Source: Patescibacteria group bacterium
Lineage (GTDB): Bacteria > Patescibacteriota > Minisyncoccia > HO2-45-28
Reading direction: 5' to 3'
DNA: 40,654 nt
Assembly: GCA_022563755.1 (NCBI GenBank)
Contig: JADFMT010000003.1
Span: 1-40,654, forward strand
Notes under the pieces: model-generated
The model's database searches: none
Told to the model about the DNA's origin: nothing
What the model saw: only the letters and a program-made list of their open reading frames with translations
Translations under genes and position numbers: made by a program
Shown here: piece after piece, positions 1 to 8,087 of the stretch
How positions within the stretch are numbered: the first letter of the stretch is position 1
How the letters are laid out: each line of letters begins with the position of its first letter

Positions 1-1
1 C

Positions 2-331
2 GAGATTGAGCTCGCAGATACCTCAGAAAAAAGGGTTCATGGCCTTTCCGGAAGAGATAAACTTTTTGAAAACCAAGGGATGCTCTTTATATTCGATAAA
101 CCGGATTTTCATTCGATTTGGATGAAAAATATGCATTTTGCACTGGACATTATTTGGATCGATGAGGAATGGCGAGTTACAGATATTACGAAAAATGCTC
201 TGCCAGAATCGTTCCCTCAAACATTTCAACCCACCTCCCTTACAAAATACATTCTTGAAGTCAATGCCGGATTTACAGAGAAAAACCGTATCAGGATTGG
301 AGATCGGGTCGAGGGAATAAAAAAAGAATAA
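2..331 (+). CDS. DUF192 domain protein (5'-partial)
   Basis: Frame is open from the window edge: EIELADTSEKRVHGLSGRDKL..GMLFIF..IWMKNMHFALDIIWID..YILEVNAG..IRIGD, the typical DUF192 motif series. Confidence 0.9.
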   Translation, partial: EIELADTSEKRVHGLSGRDKLFENQGMLFIFDKPDFHSIWMKNMHFALDIIWIDEEWRVTDITKNALPESFPQTFQPTSLTKYILEVNAGFTEKNRIRIGDRVEGIKKE

Positions 332-333
332 TA

Positions 334-420
334 GGCGGGATGCCGGAGTGGTTTAACGGGGCGGTCTCGAAAACCGTTATATCCGAAAGGGTATCGGGGG
401 TTCGAATCCCTCTCCCGCCG
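334..420 (+). tRNA. tRNA-Ser(CGA)
   Basis: Acceptor GGCGGGA/TCCCGCC, anticodon arm GCGGT-CT-CGA-AA-ACCGT, long variable arm, T-loop TTCGAAT, discriminator G, no CCA. Confidence 0.95.
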
Positions 421-450
421 CATCTAACAGCTAGCACGAGGTAGTATCAT

Positions 451-1113
451 ATGACGACAAAAAAAGAAAAAGACAGGCAAAGAAAATATGACTGGGTTGT
501 TTTTGCTCAGAGTTATTTCTTGATAGCAAAGTTGGCCTGTCAAGAATTGTTAAATACTGAAGAAAAAAAGCACAGCAAAGTCAAAGGTAAGGATTATTTT
601 TATCAGCCAGCAGATTTGTTCGTGCCAATTTTGTTTAATATAAAACATGGAACCGAAGTCTTTGTTAAGGCCTTAGGTCTTTTTGCGTATGGGGAGTATA
701 GAGAAGGTCATGATATCCATCATCTATTTATAGAAGTTAAACAAAAAATATCAGATCAAAAAATATCTCCTCCTATAGAAAAGAAATACTATGACGCAGT
801 AACAAATGAGGACATTACTAATTCTCAGAAAGATTTGGATGATATTGAACCTCTTATTCTTTATTTTTACAATCTAGAGATATTAAAATCAAAAATCGGA
901 CAATACTACTCAATTAAAGATACCCAAAATGATTTTCTAAGATACCCAGATAATAAAGCAACGGTTCAAATTGATTGGGGCACTGTGCTAAGTAGTCGAA
1001 TTGAAGTAACTGACATAAAAGATATGCTTAGCAAATTGGATGAATTACTTGAATTATTCAACAAAGTTGGATACTTGTACGCGGTTCTAGATCGATCTAA
1101 CAGAATCACTTAA
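451..1113 (+). CDS. Hypothetical protein, HEPN-like helical fold
   Basis: 220-aa AT-rich ORF. LFNIKHGTEVFVK, GHDIHHLF and FLRYP resemble the H-x-E-x-LK / H-x-L / RYP pattern of HEPN proteins. Confidence 0.6.
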   Translation: MTTKKEKDRQRKYDWVVFAQSYFLIAKLACQELLNTEEKKHSKVKGKDYFYQPADLFVPILFNIKHGTEVFVKALGLFAYGEYREGHDIHHLFIEVKQKISDQKISPPIEKKYYDAVTNEDITNSQKDLDDIEPLILYFYNLEILKSKIGQYYSIKDTQNDFLRYPDNKATVQIDWGTVLSSRIEVTDIKDMLSKLDELLELFNKVGYLYAVLDRSNRIT

Positions 1114-1122
1114 GAATCTTAT

Positions 1123-1159
1123 GTGCACGAGAACATTAGTTTTGATAAAATAAAAATAT
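1123..1159 (+). repeat. Ser-array junction repeat S1 (includes extended -10)
   Basis: GTGCACGAGAACATTAGTTTTGATAAAATAAAAATAT aligns without gaps to 1654-1690 and 2070-2106. Confidence 0.8.
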
Positions 1160-1649
1160 GAATAACAAAAATATAGTTATCTATTTACTCATATTACTTT
1201 TGGGAATTTCTGTATACTTAAATTTAAAAGACGACAATTCCCAAAGAAAATATATAGAACAAAATATTAAAGCAGAAGAAGCTTTTGGAAACCAAATTGG
1301 TGAGTTACCACTCTTCTCTTCTGCCTGTTTCCCAACTTACAAACAGGTTTGTACTTATGGTGAATGTGAAATAATTACAGACTTAGGAACATCTTTTAGT
1401 CTTTTGGATAATCTTAATACAGACCAGCGTACCATCTCTCGTTGTGATTCTAATGGCTGTGATACTTACGATGCTCAATATTATGCTTCTGGTTTATATG
1501 AAAATTATCAAGCAGAACAGCCGCGTGGATTTTTTCTCAAAAAAGAAAATAAATCCCTTGTTGATACAGAAACTACATCGTATACAGAAGTGGCCACTCA
1601 GGGAGTAACGACTTTTCTATATTCTGGGTATTGCAAGGATGTAAAATAA
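1158..1649 (+). CDS. Hypothetical membrane-anchored or secreted protein
   Basis: N-terminal hydrophobic helix (IVIYLLILLLGISVYL) followed by a domain with six Cys; AT-rich. Confidence 0.75.
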   Translation: MNNKNIVIYLLILLLGISVYLNLKDDNSQRKYIEQNIKAEEAFGNQIGELPLFSSACFPTYKQVCTYGECEIITDLGTSFSLLDNLNTDQRTISRCDSNGCDTYDAQYYASGLYENYQAEQPRGFFLKKENKSLVDTETTSYTEVATQGVTTFLYSGYCKDVK

Positions 1650-1653
1650 CAAA

Positions 1654-1690
1654 GCGCACGAGGACCTTAATTTTGATAAACTAAAATAGT
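1654..1690 (+). repeat. Ser-array junction repeat S2 (includes extended -10)
   Basis: GCGCACGAGGACCTTAATTTTGATAAACTAAAATAGT, 33/37 identical to S3. Confidence 0.85.
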
Positions 1691-1706
1691 CAATAAAATT
1701 ACGAAA

Positions 1707-2027
1707 ATGAAAAAGAATGCTCACATAGAAGAACAAAAAAAGGATTCGAGTGCGCCCAATAGTAGACCTGCGTTCGTTAGAATTGCTCCAGGTGCAAAGG
1801 TAGATGGTCTCACTATGGTAGATAATACAGCAATAGGTGACGCTGATTTTCTAGACAACCAAGGAGAACTTAAAGACGCAACACTTGAAGGCAATAAACA
1901 TATTGTTCCAAATAACACAATCTCAAAAAGAGCCCTATGGAAGAGACCAGAAATAGTAATCCCTACAATAATAGCTATTATTTCAATCCCTTGGTGGCCT
2001 AGCATTTTCCGTTTATTATTTAAATAA
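1707..2027 (+). CDS. Hypothetical protein with C-terminal transmembrane helix
   Basis: 106 aa, directly behind the S2 promoter motif; C-terminal IVIPTIIAIISIPWW. Confidence 0.7.
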   Translation: MKKNAHIEEQKKDSSAPNSRPAFVRIAPGAKVDGLTMVDNTAIGDADFLDNQGELKDATLEGNKHIVPNNTISKRALWKRPEIVIPTIIAIISIPWWPSIFRLLFK

Positions 2028-2069
2028 ATGTAAGACATAGTTATTAAATTAGACTACTAATTTTCAAAT

Positions 2070-2106
2070 GCGCTCGAGGATCTTCGTTTTGATAAACTAA
2101 AATAGT
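2070..2106 (+). repeat. Ser-array junction repeat S3 (includes extended -10)
   Basis: GCGCTCGAGGATCTTCGTTTTGATAAACTAAAATAGT. Confidence 0.85.
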
Positions 2107-2114
2107 TAAAATAA

Positions 2115-2165
2115 CCTTACGGGGCTTGATCGGCCACGGTTCCAGCCCGAGGTAGCCCGCCATGA
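2115..2165 (+). repeat. 51-nt imperfect hairpin element, copy A
   Basis: CCTTACGGGGC...GCCCGCCATGA; same length and ends as 2747-2797. Confidence 0.7.
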
Positions 2166-2195
2166 TTATTTATTATCGAAGGTAATCCACAGCCT

Positions 2196-2693
2196 ATGAA
2201 AGAGTTACTAATTCAAATTCAAAAAGGACTTGATACAAACTTATATTTTCTGGCTCTATTTACTGCCTTAGCTATACCTGATATATGTGGTGCTTTGAGT
2301 TCGGAAAATGGAGAAACAGACGGCCAAAAGTATAAAGCTTGGTTCGACCAGTATATTGCGCCTAAATATATAAATTTTACTGATGGTGCAGACTGCTATC
2401 GGTTTCGTTGTTCTCTATTACACCAGGGCAGATCTCAACTCAAAGATAGTAAATTTAGTAGGATTTGGTTTATAGAACCCGGCACGACTAGTGTGGTGAT
2501 GCACGATAATACTTCAAACGATACTCTAAATATTGATGTGGGGGTATTTTGCAAAGATATTATTGCCGGTGCAGAAGAATACCTAAGCAAGAATGAACAA
2601 ACGGATTTATATAAAACAAATTACGATAAATTCGTCCGCAGATACCCAAATGGAATACCCCCTCTTATTACAGGCGTTCCTGTAATTGGCTAG
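2196..2693 (+). CDS. Hypothetical protein, HEPN-like with RxxxxH motif
   Basis: LAIPDICG near the N-terminus, Y..WF..Y, and YRFRCSLLHQG (R-x4-H, the HEPN RNase signature). Confidence 0.65.
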   Translation: MKELLIQIQKGLDTNLYFLALFTALAIPDICGALSSENGETDGQKYKAWFDQYIAPKYINFTDGADCYRFRCSLLHQGRSQLKDSKFSRIWFIEPGTTSVVMHDNTSNDTLNIDVGVFCKDIIAGAEEYLSKNEQTDLYKTNYDKFVRRYPNGIPPLITGVPVIG

Positions 2694-2746
2694 TATTAAG
2701 CCGACCCACGTGCCTAAATTTTTCTTTGGAAAAATCTTCTAAAAAC

Positions 2747-2797
2747 CCTTACGGGGCCTCACTTGTGGTGGCACTAGACCCAAGTGGCCCGCTATGA
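2747..2797 (+). repeat. 51-nt imperfect hairpin element, copy B
   Basis: CCTTACGGGGCCTCACTTGTGGT-GGCACTAG-ACCCAAGTGGCCCGCTATGA, a bulged stem-loop. Confidence 0.7.
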
Positions 2798-2882
2798 CAA
2801 ATTAAAATGCCTTGCTTTTTTGTATTGCTTATATAAAATTAATACGGCAATTAACTTCGCACATTTATAAAGAGGATTTGAA

Positions 2883-3992
2883 ATGGCCAGAGGAGAATAT
2901 GCCCAGGCAGGAGTTGATTATACGAAGATTGAACCCTTTAAACAGGCAATGATGGAAGTGGGCAGAAAAACGTTAGCTTTCCCCAACAAACGAGATGTTT
3001 TTGTGGAAACACACGCTCACGGTGCTGTCCATGAATATCGGGGCTCAAAGCCTCACGGTTGGGCCAATACACAAGAAGGCTTAGGCAATAAAAACTGGAT
3101 TGCAGAGTGGATGTACCAGAATGATGGTACAGGAAACACTTATTACGAAGGAATTGGGATTGATGCGGCTTTAATGGCAGTAAATGATGTTATTGCCCAA
3201 GGGGCAATGCCCGTGGTTTACACTGATGAAGTTGCCGCAGGCGATAGCGAATGGTTTGAAGACGCCAAGAGGGCAGAAGATTTGGCGAGAGGGTATTATC
3301 GTGTTTGCAAAATGGTTGCAATGGCTTTGCCTGCGGGCGAATCATCGTCTCTGCGTTATCTCGTCAACGCAGAACCACCGGTTAAAAGTGCTCCTGTCTT
3401 GAGCGGCTGCGTAACGGGTATTATTGTTCCCCGAAGCCGCCTGATTACAGGAGAAAACCTTCGGGCAGGAGATTGTATTTTAGGTGCGCCCTCTTCAGGA
3501 CTGCACGCCAATGGTATTTCTCTTGTTATTAAACGCGCTCTTCCACTTCCAGACCAGTTTCTTACGAAACTACCGAATGGCAAAACATTAGGAGAGGAAG
3601 CTCTTATTCCTACTCGCTCTTATGTTGCTTTGGTTGAGGCATTATTGAACGAAGAGATAGAAATACATGCCCTCCTTCCAGGAACAGGAGACGGCGTAGG
3701 GAAGGTTGCTTTTGATAAACGACCCTTTACCTATCGGATTTATGACTGGGTTCGCGTGCCGCCCCTTTTTCAATTTATGCGAGAATTGGGAGTTACTCTG
3801 AAAGATTGTCTCAAGACTTTTAACTGGGGGGTTGGCTATTACATCTTTGTGCCACCCTGCGAGGTCACGCGAGCAATTGATATTGGTGACAAAGCGGGTT
3901 ATGAGGTAGTTGAGGTCGGAAGAGTTGAAGAAGGAAAACGGCAGACTATCTTTGAGCCTGAAAACATTATTTTGCCTCCTCCGGGCCAGTAG
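2883..3992 (+). CDS. purM: AIR synthase / phosphoribosylformylglycinamidine cyclo-ligase (divergent PurM family)
   Basis: YAQAGVD, MAVNDVIAQGA-P, SSGLHANG-SL, L-PTRSY and TFNWGVG motifs. Confidence 0.8.
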   Translation: MARGEYAQAGVDYTKIEPFKQAMMEVGRKTLAFPNKRDVFVETHAHGAVHEYRGSKPHGWANTQEGLGNKNWIAEWMYQNDGTGNTYYEGIGIDAALMAVNDVIAQGAMPVVYTDEVAAGDSEWFEDAKRAEDLARGYYRVCKMVAMALPAGESSSLRYLVNAEPPVKSAPVLSGCVTGIIVPRSRLITGENLRAGDCILGAPSSGLHANGISLVIKRALPLPDQFLTKLPNGKTLGEEALIPTRSYVALVEALLNEEIEIHALLPGTGDGVGKVAFDKRPFTYRIYDWVRVPPLFQFMRELGVTLKDCLKTFNWGVGYYIFVPPCEVTRAIDIGDKAGYEVVEVGRVEEGKRQTIFEPENIILPPPGQ

Positions 3993-4014
3993 CTTTATTC
4001 ACTTTTTAGTACAC

Positions 4015-4040
4015 ACCACCTTATACGGGTGGTTTTTATT
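4015..4040 (+). terminator. Intrinsic terminator after purM
   Basis: ACCACC..GGTGGT stem followed by TTTTATT. Confidence 0.65.
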
Positions 4041-4095
4041 TAATTGATTTTGAGAGATTCGGGTGATATGGTTAAAAGCAAAGAAATGATCCGTT

Positions 4096-4875
4096 ATGAA
4101 AGCGCGTATTGACCATTATCTTCGCTTGGCATTCGAGCATACCGAATCACGCGTGTATCACGTCGTGAATGATACCCTTGCTATTATTATCGTGATTGCG
4201 GTAATCTTGGTAATTTTTGAATCCATAGAGGGTGTATATCTTCGTTACGGGAAAATTTTTGATATAAGCGAGATAATCATTGTAGGTGTTTTTACGCTCG
4301 AATATATCACCTATATCTATCTTGCTCCTAAGAAAAAGAAGTATTTATTTAGCGCCTTTGGAATCATTGATCTTCTTGCGATTCTGCCGACCTATCTTGG
4401 ATTTATCTTCCTGCCATTCGCCAACTTCAGGGTTCTGCGTGTCCTGCGGATCGTGAGAGTATTGCGGCTGCTGCGACTTTTACGGCTGCTTAAATTGCTT
4501 TCTTATACAAAACGACGCCACCCGGGAGAACGGATAACGTTCAAGGAGTTCCCGTGGTACACCATGGAGATTTATTTTTTTGCGCTTCTCTCGGTTGTCG
4601 TCATCGCAGGAACTTTCATGTACCTTGCCGAGCAAAACGTTTCAGGATCCCTTTTTACAAACGTCCCGCAAGGTATGTGGTGGGCAATTGTCACTTTGAC
4701 AACGGTGGGATATGGAGACATGGTCCCGCAAACAATATTAGGACGAATCATTGCGGCGCTCACTATGATTTCCGGACTCATGCTTTTTGCGCTCTTAATC
4801 AGTGTCGTGGGGAAAATCATGAAAAAAATTCTCTTCGGATCCCCGGATGAAATCACGGTAAAAGAAAAAGAGTAA
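4096..4875 (+). CDS. Voltage-gated potassium channel (ion transport family)
   Basis: TTVGYGD selectivity filter, WWAIVTLT pore helix, IIDLLAILP S3 segment and Arg-repeat S4. Confidence 0.93.
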   Translation: MKARIDHYLRLAFEHTESRVYHVVNDTLAIIIVIAVILVIFESIEGVYLRYGKIFDISEIIIVGVFTLEYITYIYLAPKKKKYLFSAFGIIDLLAILPTYLGFIFLPFANFRVLRVLRIVRVLRLLRLLRLLKLLSYTKRRHPGERITFKEFPWYTMEIYFFALLSVVVIAGTFMYLAEQNVSGSLFTNVPQGMWWAIVTLTTVGYGDMVPQTILGRIIAALTMISGLMLFALLISVVGKIMKKILFGSPDEITVKEKE

Positions 4876-4909
4876 AAACGCCTTTGATTTTTTGTGATTT
4901 TGCGCTATA

Positions 4910-5395
4910 GTGATGAACATGGTTCTTGAAACCTATACACCATTTATCCTTATGGGGATTGGGGGCGCGCTTTTCTTGATAGTCGCCGCACTCGTGTGGC
5001 TAATAATGCTTGAGATGCGGCTTCGGAAATTGTTTCGCGGCCGAAGGGGCATAGATTTAGAAACGCTCATGCAAGAGATCCAAAAAGATTTAGATGCCAT
5101 TTTGCAAAAGGGCATTCAAGTGGACGCTGTTCTTGAAAACATGGAAAGCCGCCTGCGCCAAAGCGCGCGCCACATTGGACTTGTGCGGTTTAACTCGTAC
5201 GGCGATACAGGCGGAGATCAAAGTTTTGCACTCGGAGTGCTCGATGAACGACGTAGCGGTTTCGTAATCTCAAGTCTTCATGGACGTGACTCCACCCGGC
5301 TCTACGCAAAACCGATCGTCCGAGGCGAATCTTCATATCAATTATCCCACGAGGAGAAACAAGCAATTCAAAAAGCGCTTTCAAGCGACGCTTAA
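4910..5395 (+). CDS. DUF4446 family protein
   Basis: N-terminal TM helix, coiled coil, GLVRFNSYGDTGGDQSFAL, GFVISSLHGR..RLYAKPI..LSHEEKQA. Confidence 0.85.
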   Translation: MMNMVLETYTPFILMGIGGALFLIVAALVWLIMLEMRLRKLFRGRRGIDLETLMQEIQKDLDAILQKGIQVDAVLENMESRLRQSARHIGLVRFNSYGDTGGDQSFALGVLDERRSGFVISSLHGRDSTRLYAKPIVRGESSYQLSHEEKQAIQKALSSDA

Positions 5396-5403
5396 TATGA
5401 TTC

Positions 5404-6951
5404 ATGACTCCAAAAGCCAACCAAGAGAAAAACAAAAATTTGGTAACTCGACCACCAATTGTAGTGGTAATGGGCCATATTGATCATGGAAAAACCACGT
5501 TACTTGATTCGATTCGTAAAACCAATGTAGTTGAAAAGGAATCCGGAGGCATCACTCAGCATATTGGTGCCTATGAAGTGACCACGAGCACTAAGGAAGA
5601 GGAGACCCGTAAAATAACCTTTCTGGACACACCCGGCCATGCAGCATTTTCAAAAATGCGTTCTCGTGGTGCCCGGGTTGCGGACGTTGCGATCTTGGTA
5701 GTTGCAGCAGACGACGGGGTTAAACCTCAAACAAAAGAAGCACTGGATGCGATCAAGGAAGCGGATATCCCATTTGTTGTTGCGCTTAATAAAATCGACA
5801 AACCCGAAGCAGATCCCGAGAAAATCAAAAAAGAACTCTCGGAGGCAGATATTTTAATCGAGGAATGGGGCGGCAAGATACCGTTCGTTCCTCTCTCGGC
5901 AAAAACCGGGCAGGGGGTGGACGAACTTCTTGAGATGATTCTTTTGATAAGTGAGCTTGAGGATTTAAAAGCCGATCCTCGAGCACGGGCATCCGGCGTG
6001 ATTATTGAAGCCCACCGCGATCCAAAACGAGGCAACACCGCAACCCTGATCATTCAAAACGGAACGTTGCGGCAAGGCGAATTTATTGTAAGTAAAAATA
6101 CCTATGCACCCGTAAGAATTTTTGAGGATTTTTTGGGAGATAAAATCGGGGAAGCTACTTTCAGCCAGCCAGTACGCGTCGTGGGATTTTTACAGGTCCC
6201 AGAGATTGGCTCCATGTTTATAACGGTTGACTCTAAAAAGGCGGCTGAGACTGAAATAAAGGGGGCATCGGTGCCAGCCGAAATACCGCCGAAGACAAAG
6301 ACCATATCAGAGGACTCCAAAGAAAAACAAAAGTCCTTTGAAATTCCTATTGTGCTTAAAGCAGACGTTGCTGGATCTCTGGAGGCGCTCGAAGATGAGA
6401 TTAAAAGGCTTGGGGACGGGCGTTTTATGCTCACCATTTTACAAAGTGAGGTAGGCGCGGTAAGTGAAAATGATATGAAAATGGCCTCGGGTTCTCCAAA
6501 TGTTCTTGTTGTTGCATTCCGGGTGAAGATTGAAAAATCCGCCCAGGACATGGCTAAACGGTTTGGAATAACTCTTAAAACATTTGATGTTATTTACGAA
6601 GCTACCGACTGGCTAAAAGAAGAAATCGAGAAACGCCTACCAAAAGAGACTATTGAAAAAATCTTTGGACGCGCTAAACTATTAAGGATTTTTAAAAAAG
6701 AGGGTGAACGACAAGTAGTTGGCGGCAAGGTAAAGGAAGGTGCGATTCTCTTAGGGAAAAAATTTCGCGTTGTACGCAGGGGAAATATGCTAGGCGAGGG
6801 GCGAATTATTGAACTCCAACATCAAAAGGCAAAGACCTCAAGCGTTGAGGAAGGAAAAGAATTTGGCATTTTAACAACCTCTAAAATAACACTTGCCCCG
6901 GGAGACGAGATTGAAATTTTTGAGGAAGAAGAAGTTAAACCCAAGCTTTAA
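5404..6951 (+). CDS. infB: Translation initiation factor IF-2 (short form)
   Basis: [39 protein letters not shown]. Confidence 0.98.
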   Translation: MTPKANQEKNKNLVTRPPIVVVMGHIDHGKTTLLDSIRKTNVVEKESGGITQHIGAYEVTTSTKEEETRKITFLDTPGHAAFSKMRSRGARVADVAILVVAADDGVKPQTKEALDAIKEADIPFVVALNKIDKPEADPEKIKKELSEADILIEEWGGKIPFVPLSAKTGQGVDELLEMILLISELEDLKADPRARASGVIIEAHRDPKRGNTATLIIQNGTLRQGEFIVSKNTYAPVRIFEDFLGDKIGEATFSQPVRVVGFLQVPEIGSMFITVDSKKAAETEIKGASVPAEIPPKTKTISEDSKEKQKSFEIPIVLKADVAGSLEALEDEIKRLGDGRFMLTILQSEVGAVSENDMKMASGSPNVLVVAFRVKIEKSAQDMAKRFGITLKTFDVIYEATDWLKEEIEKRLPKETIEKIFGRAKLLRIFKKEGERQVVGGKVKEGAILLGKKFRVVRRGNMLGEGRIIELQHQKAKTSSVEEGKEFGILTTSKITLAPGDEIEIFEEEEVKPKL

Positions 6952-7286
6952 TGACAACGAAACGTCTTGAGAGAACCCGCTCACTTCTAAAACGTTTAGC
7001 TGCCCAGTTTATTGCCCGTAACGTCTCCCTTACAGGGGTCTTGACAACGGTCACAAGGGTTGAGATTGCATTAAGCTTCGATACGGCAACGATTTTTTTA
7101 AGCATTTGGCCGAGAGAAAAAGAGAAAGAAATGATGTCCCTACTTTACGCGGCACGAAAAGACTTCTGGGCATATCTTTCTCGTAACCTTAAAATGAAGC
7201 ATATGCCGTCGTTTCGCTTTGAGATTGACGAAGGCGAGAAAGCTAGAATTCGCATTGAAGAAATTTTACAAAAAGAAAAGAAATAA
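6951..7286 (+). CDS. rbfA: Ribosome-binding factor A
   Basis: Follows infB with a TAATG overlap; TVTRVE..ATIFLS and P..RFEID..RIEEIL pattern. Confidence 0.85.
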   Translation: MTTKRLERTRSLLKRLAAQFIARNVSLTGVLTTVTRVEIALSFDTATIFLSIWPREKEKEMMSLLYAARKDFWAYLSRNLKMKHMPSFRFEIDEGEKARIRIEEILQKEKK

Positions 7287-7287
7287 T

Positions 7288-7359
7288 GGTCTGGTAGCCA
7301 AGTGGCAAGGCAAGAGTCTGCAAAACTCTTATACGGGGGTTCGATTCCCCCCCAGACCT
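7288..7359 (+). tRNA. tRNA-Cys(GCA)
   Basis: GGTCTGG/CCAGACC acceptor, AGAGT-CT-GCA-AA-ACTCT, discriminator T. Confidence 0.95.
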
Positions 7360-7427
7360 CCCTAGAACAATCTGCAAAGCAGATTGTTCTGGCAATCAAT
7401 TCGCTTAGCGAATTGATTTAGCCAAAC

Positions 7428-7509
7428 GCCCGGGTGGCGGAATTGGTTTACGCAGCGGACTTAAAATCCGTAGCCGCAAGGCTTGTGGGTTCGAATCCCA
7501 CCCCGGGCA
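7428..7509 (+). tRNA. tRNA-Leu(TAA)
   Basis: GCCCGGG/CCCGGGC acceptor, GCGGA-CT-TAA-AA-TCCGT, long variable arm. Confidence 0.95.
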
Positions 7510-7519
7510 TATAACATAC

Positions 7520-7601
7520 GCCCCCGTGGTGAAATTGGCAGACACGCATGGTTTAGGACCATGTGCCGAAAGGCTTAGAGGTTCGAGTCCTCTCGGGGGC
7601 A
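7520..7601 (+). tRNA. tRNA-Leu(TAG)
   Basis: GCCCCCG/CGGGGGC acceptor, CATGG-TT-TAG-GA-CCATG. Confidence 0.95.
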
Positions 7602-7606
7602 CATAT

Positions 7607-7678
7607 GGGCGGCTAGCTCAATGGTAGAGCGCTCGGTTTACACCCGAGAGGTTTCAGGTTCAAATCCTGAGTCGCCCA
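7607..7678 (+). tRNA. tRNA-Val(TAC)
   Basis: GGGCGGC/GTCGCCC acceptor, CTCGG-TT-TAC-AC-CCGAG. Confidence 0.95.
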
Positions 7679-7727
7679 CAAAAAGGGATGATATTGATGG
7701 ACCGGGATATCATGGTATAATGAGTAT

Positions 7728-8000
7728 ATGAAATTCGAAAAACCGAAGGAGGGCCAGCATATCGGGGGCGGAACCCCTCTAAAAGAAGCTCTAAAGGAGA
7801 CTAGGCAAGTCGCGCAAGAACGAACAGCGTATGAAGAAGAAATGAGAGAAAAAATAGAGAAAGCAAAAAAAGAAGGGGATTCTAAACTCTATATAGAACT
7901 CAATGAGGAACTTAAGAGGAAAGAGAAAGAATTTATACAGCAGGAAACTAAGATTGCAAAACCCGTTGCCGGAAGCAGAGGGTACAAACTGCCTGAATAG
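7728..8000 (+). CDS. Hypothetical charged helical protein
   Basis: 90-aa E/K-rich ORF preceded by TGGTATAAT extended -10 only 6 nt upstream of the ATG. Confidence 0.75.
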   Translation: MKFEKPKEGQHIGGGTPLKEALKETRQVAQERTAYEEEMREKIEKAKKEGDSKLYIELNEELKRKEKEFIQQETKIAKPVAGSRGYKLPE

Positions 8001-8015
8001 TTAGTATATAAAATT

Positions 8016-8087
8016 GCCGCGGTAGCTCAGTGGTGGAGCGCTTGCTTGAAGAGCAAGGCGTCGGGGGTTCGATTCCCTCCCGCGGCA
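8016..8087 (+). tRNA. tRNA-Phe(GAA)
   Basis: GCCGCGG/CCGCGGC acceptor, CTTGC-TT-GAA-GA-GCAAG, T-loop TTCGATT. Confidence 0.95.

Noticed and set aside
421-2797. Classical integron or CALIN with attC sites
   Set aside because: ATCTAAC (RYYYAAC) occurs at 422 and 1095, but there are no paired GTTRRRY boxes forming attC palindromes and no intI. The junction repeats are not palindromic.
4004-4014. TTTTAGTACAC as a distal cassette junction after purM
   Set aside because: It matches the flank of J2 over 11 AT-rich nt only and lacks the GTTAGAACC and GCACGAG parts; it could be chance.
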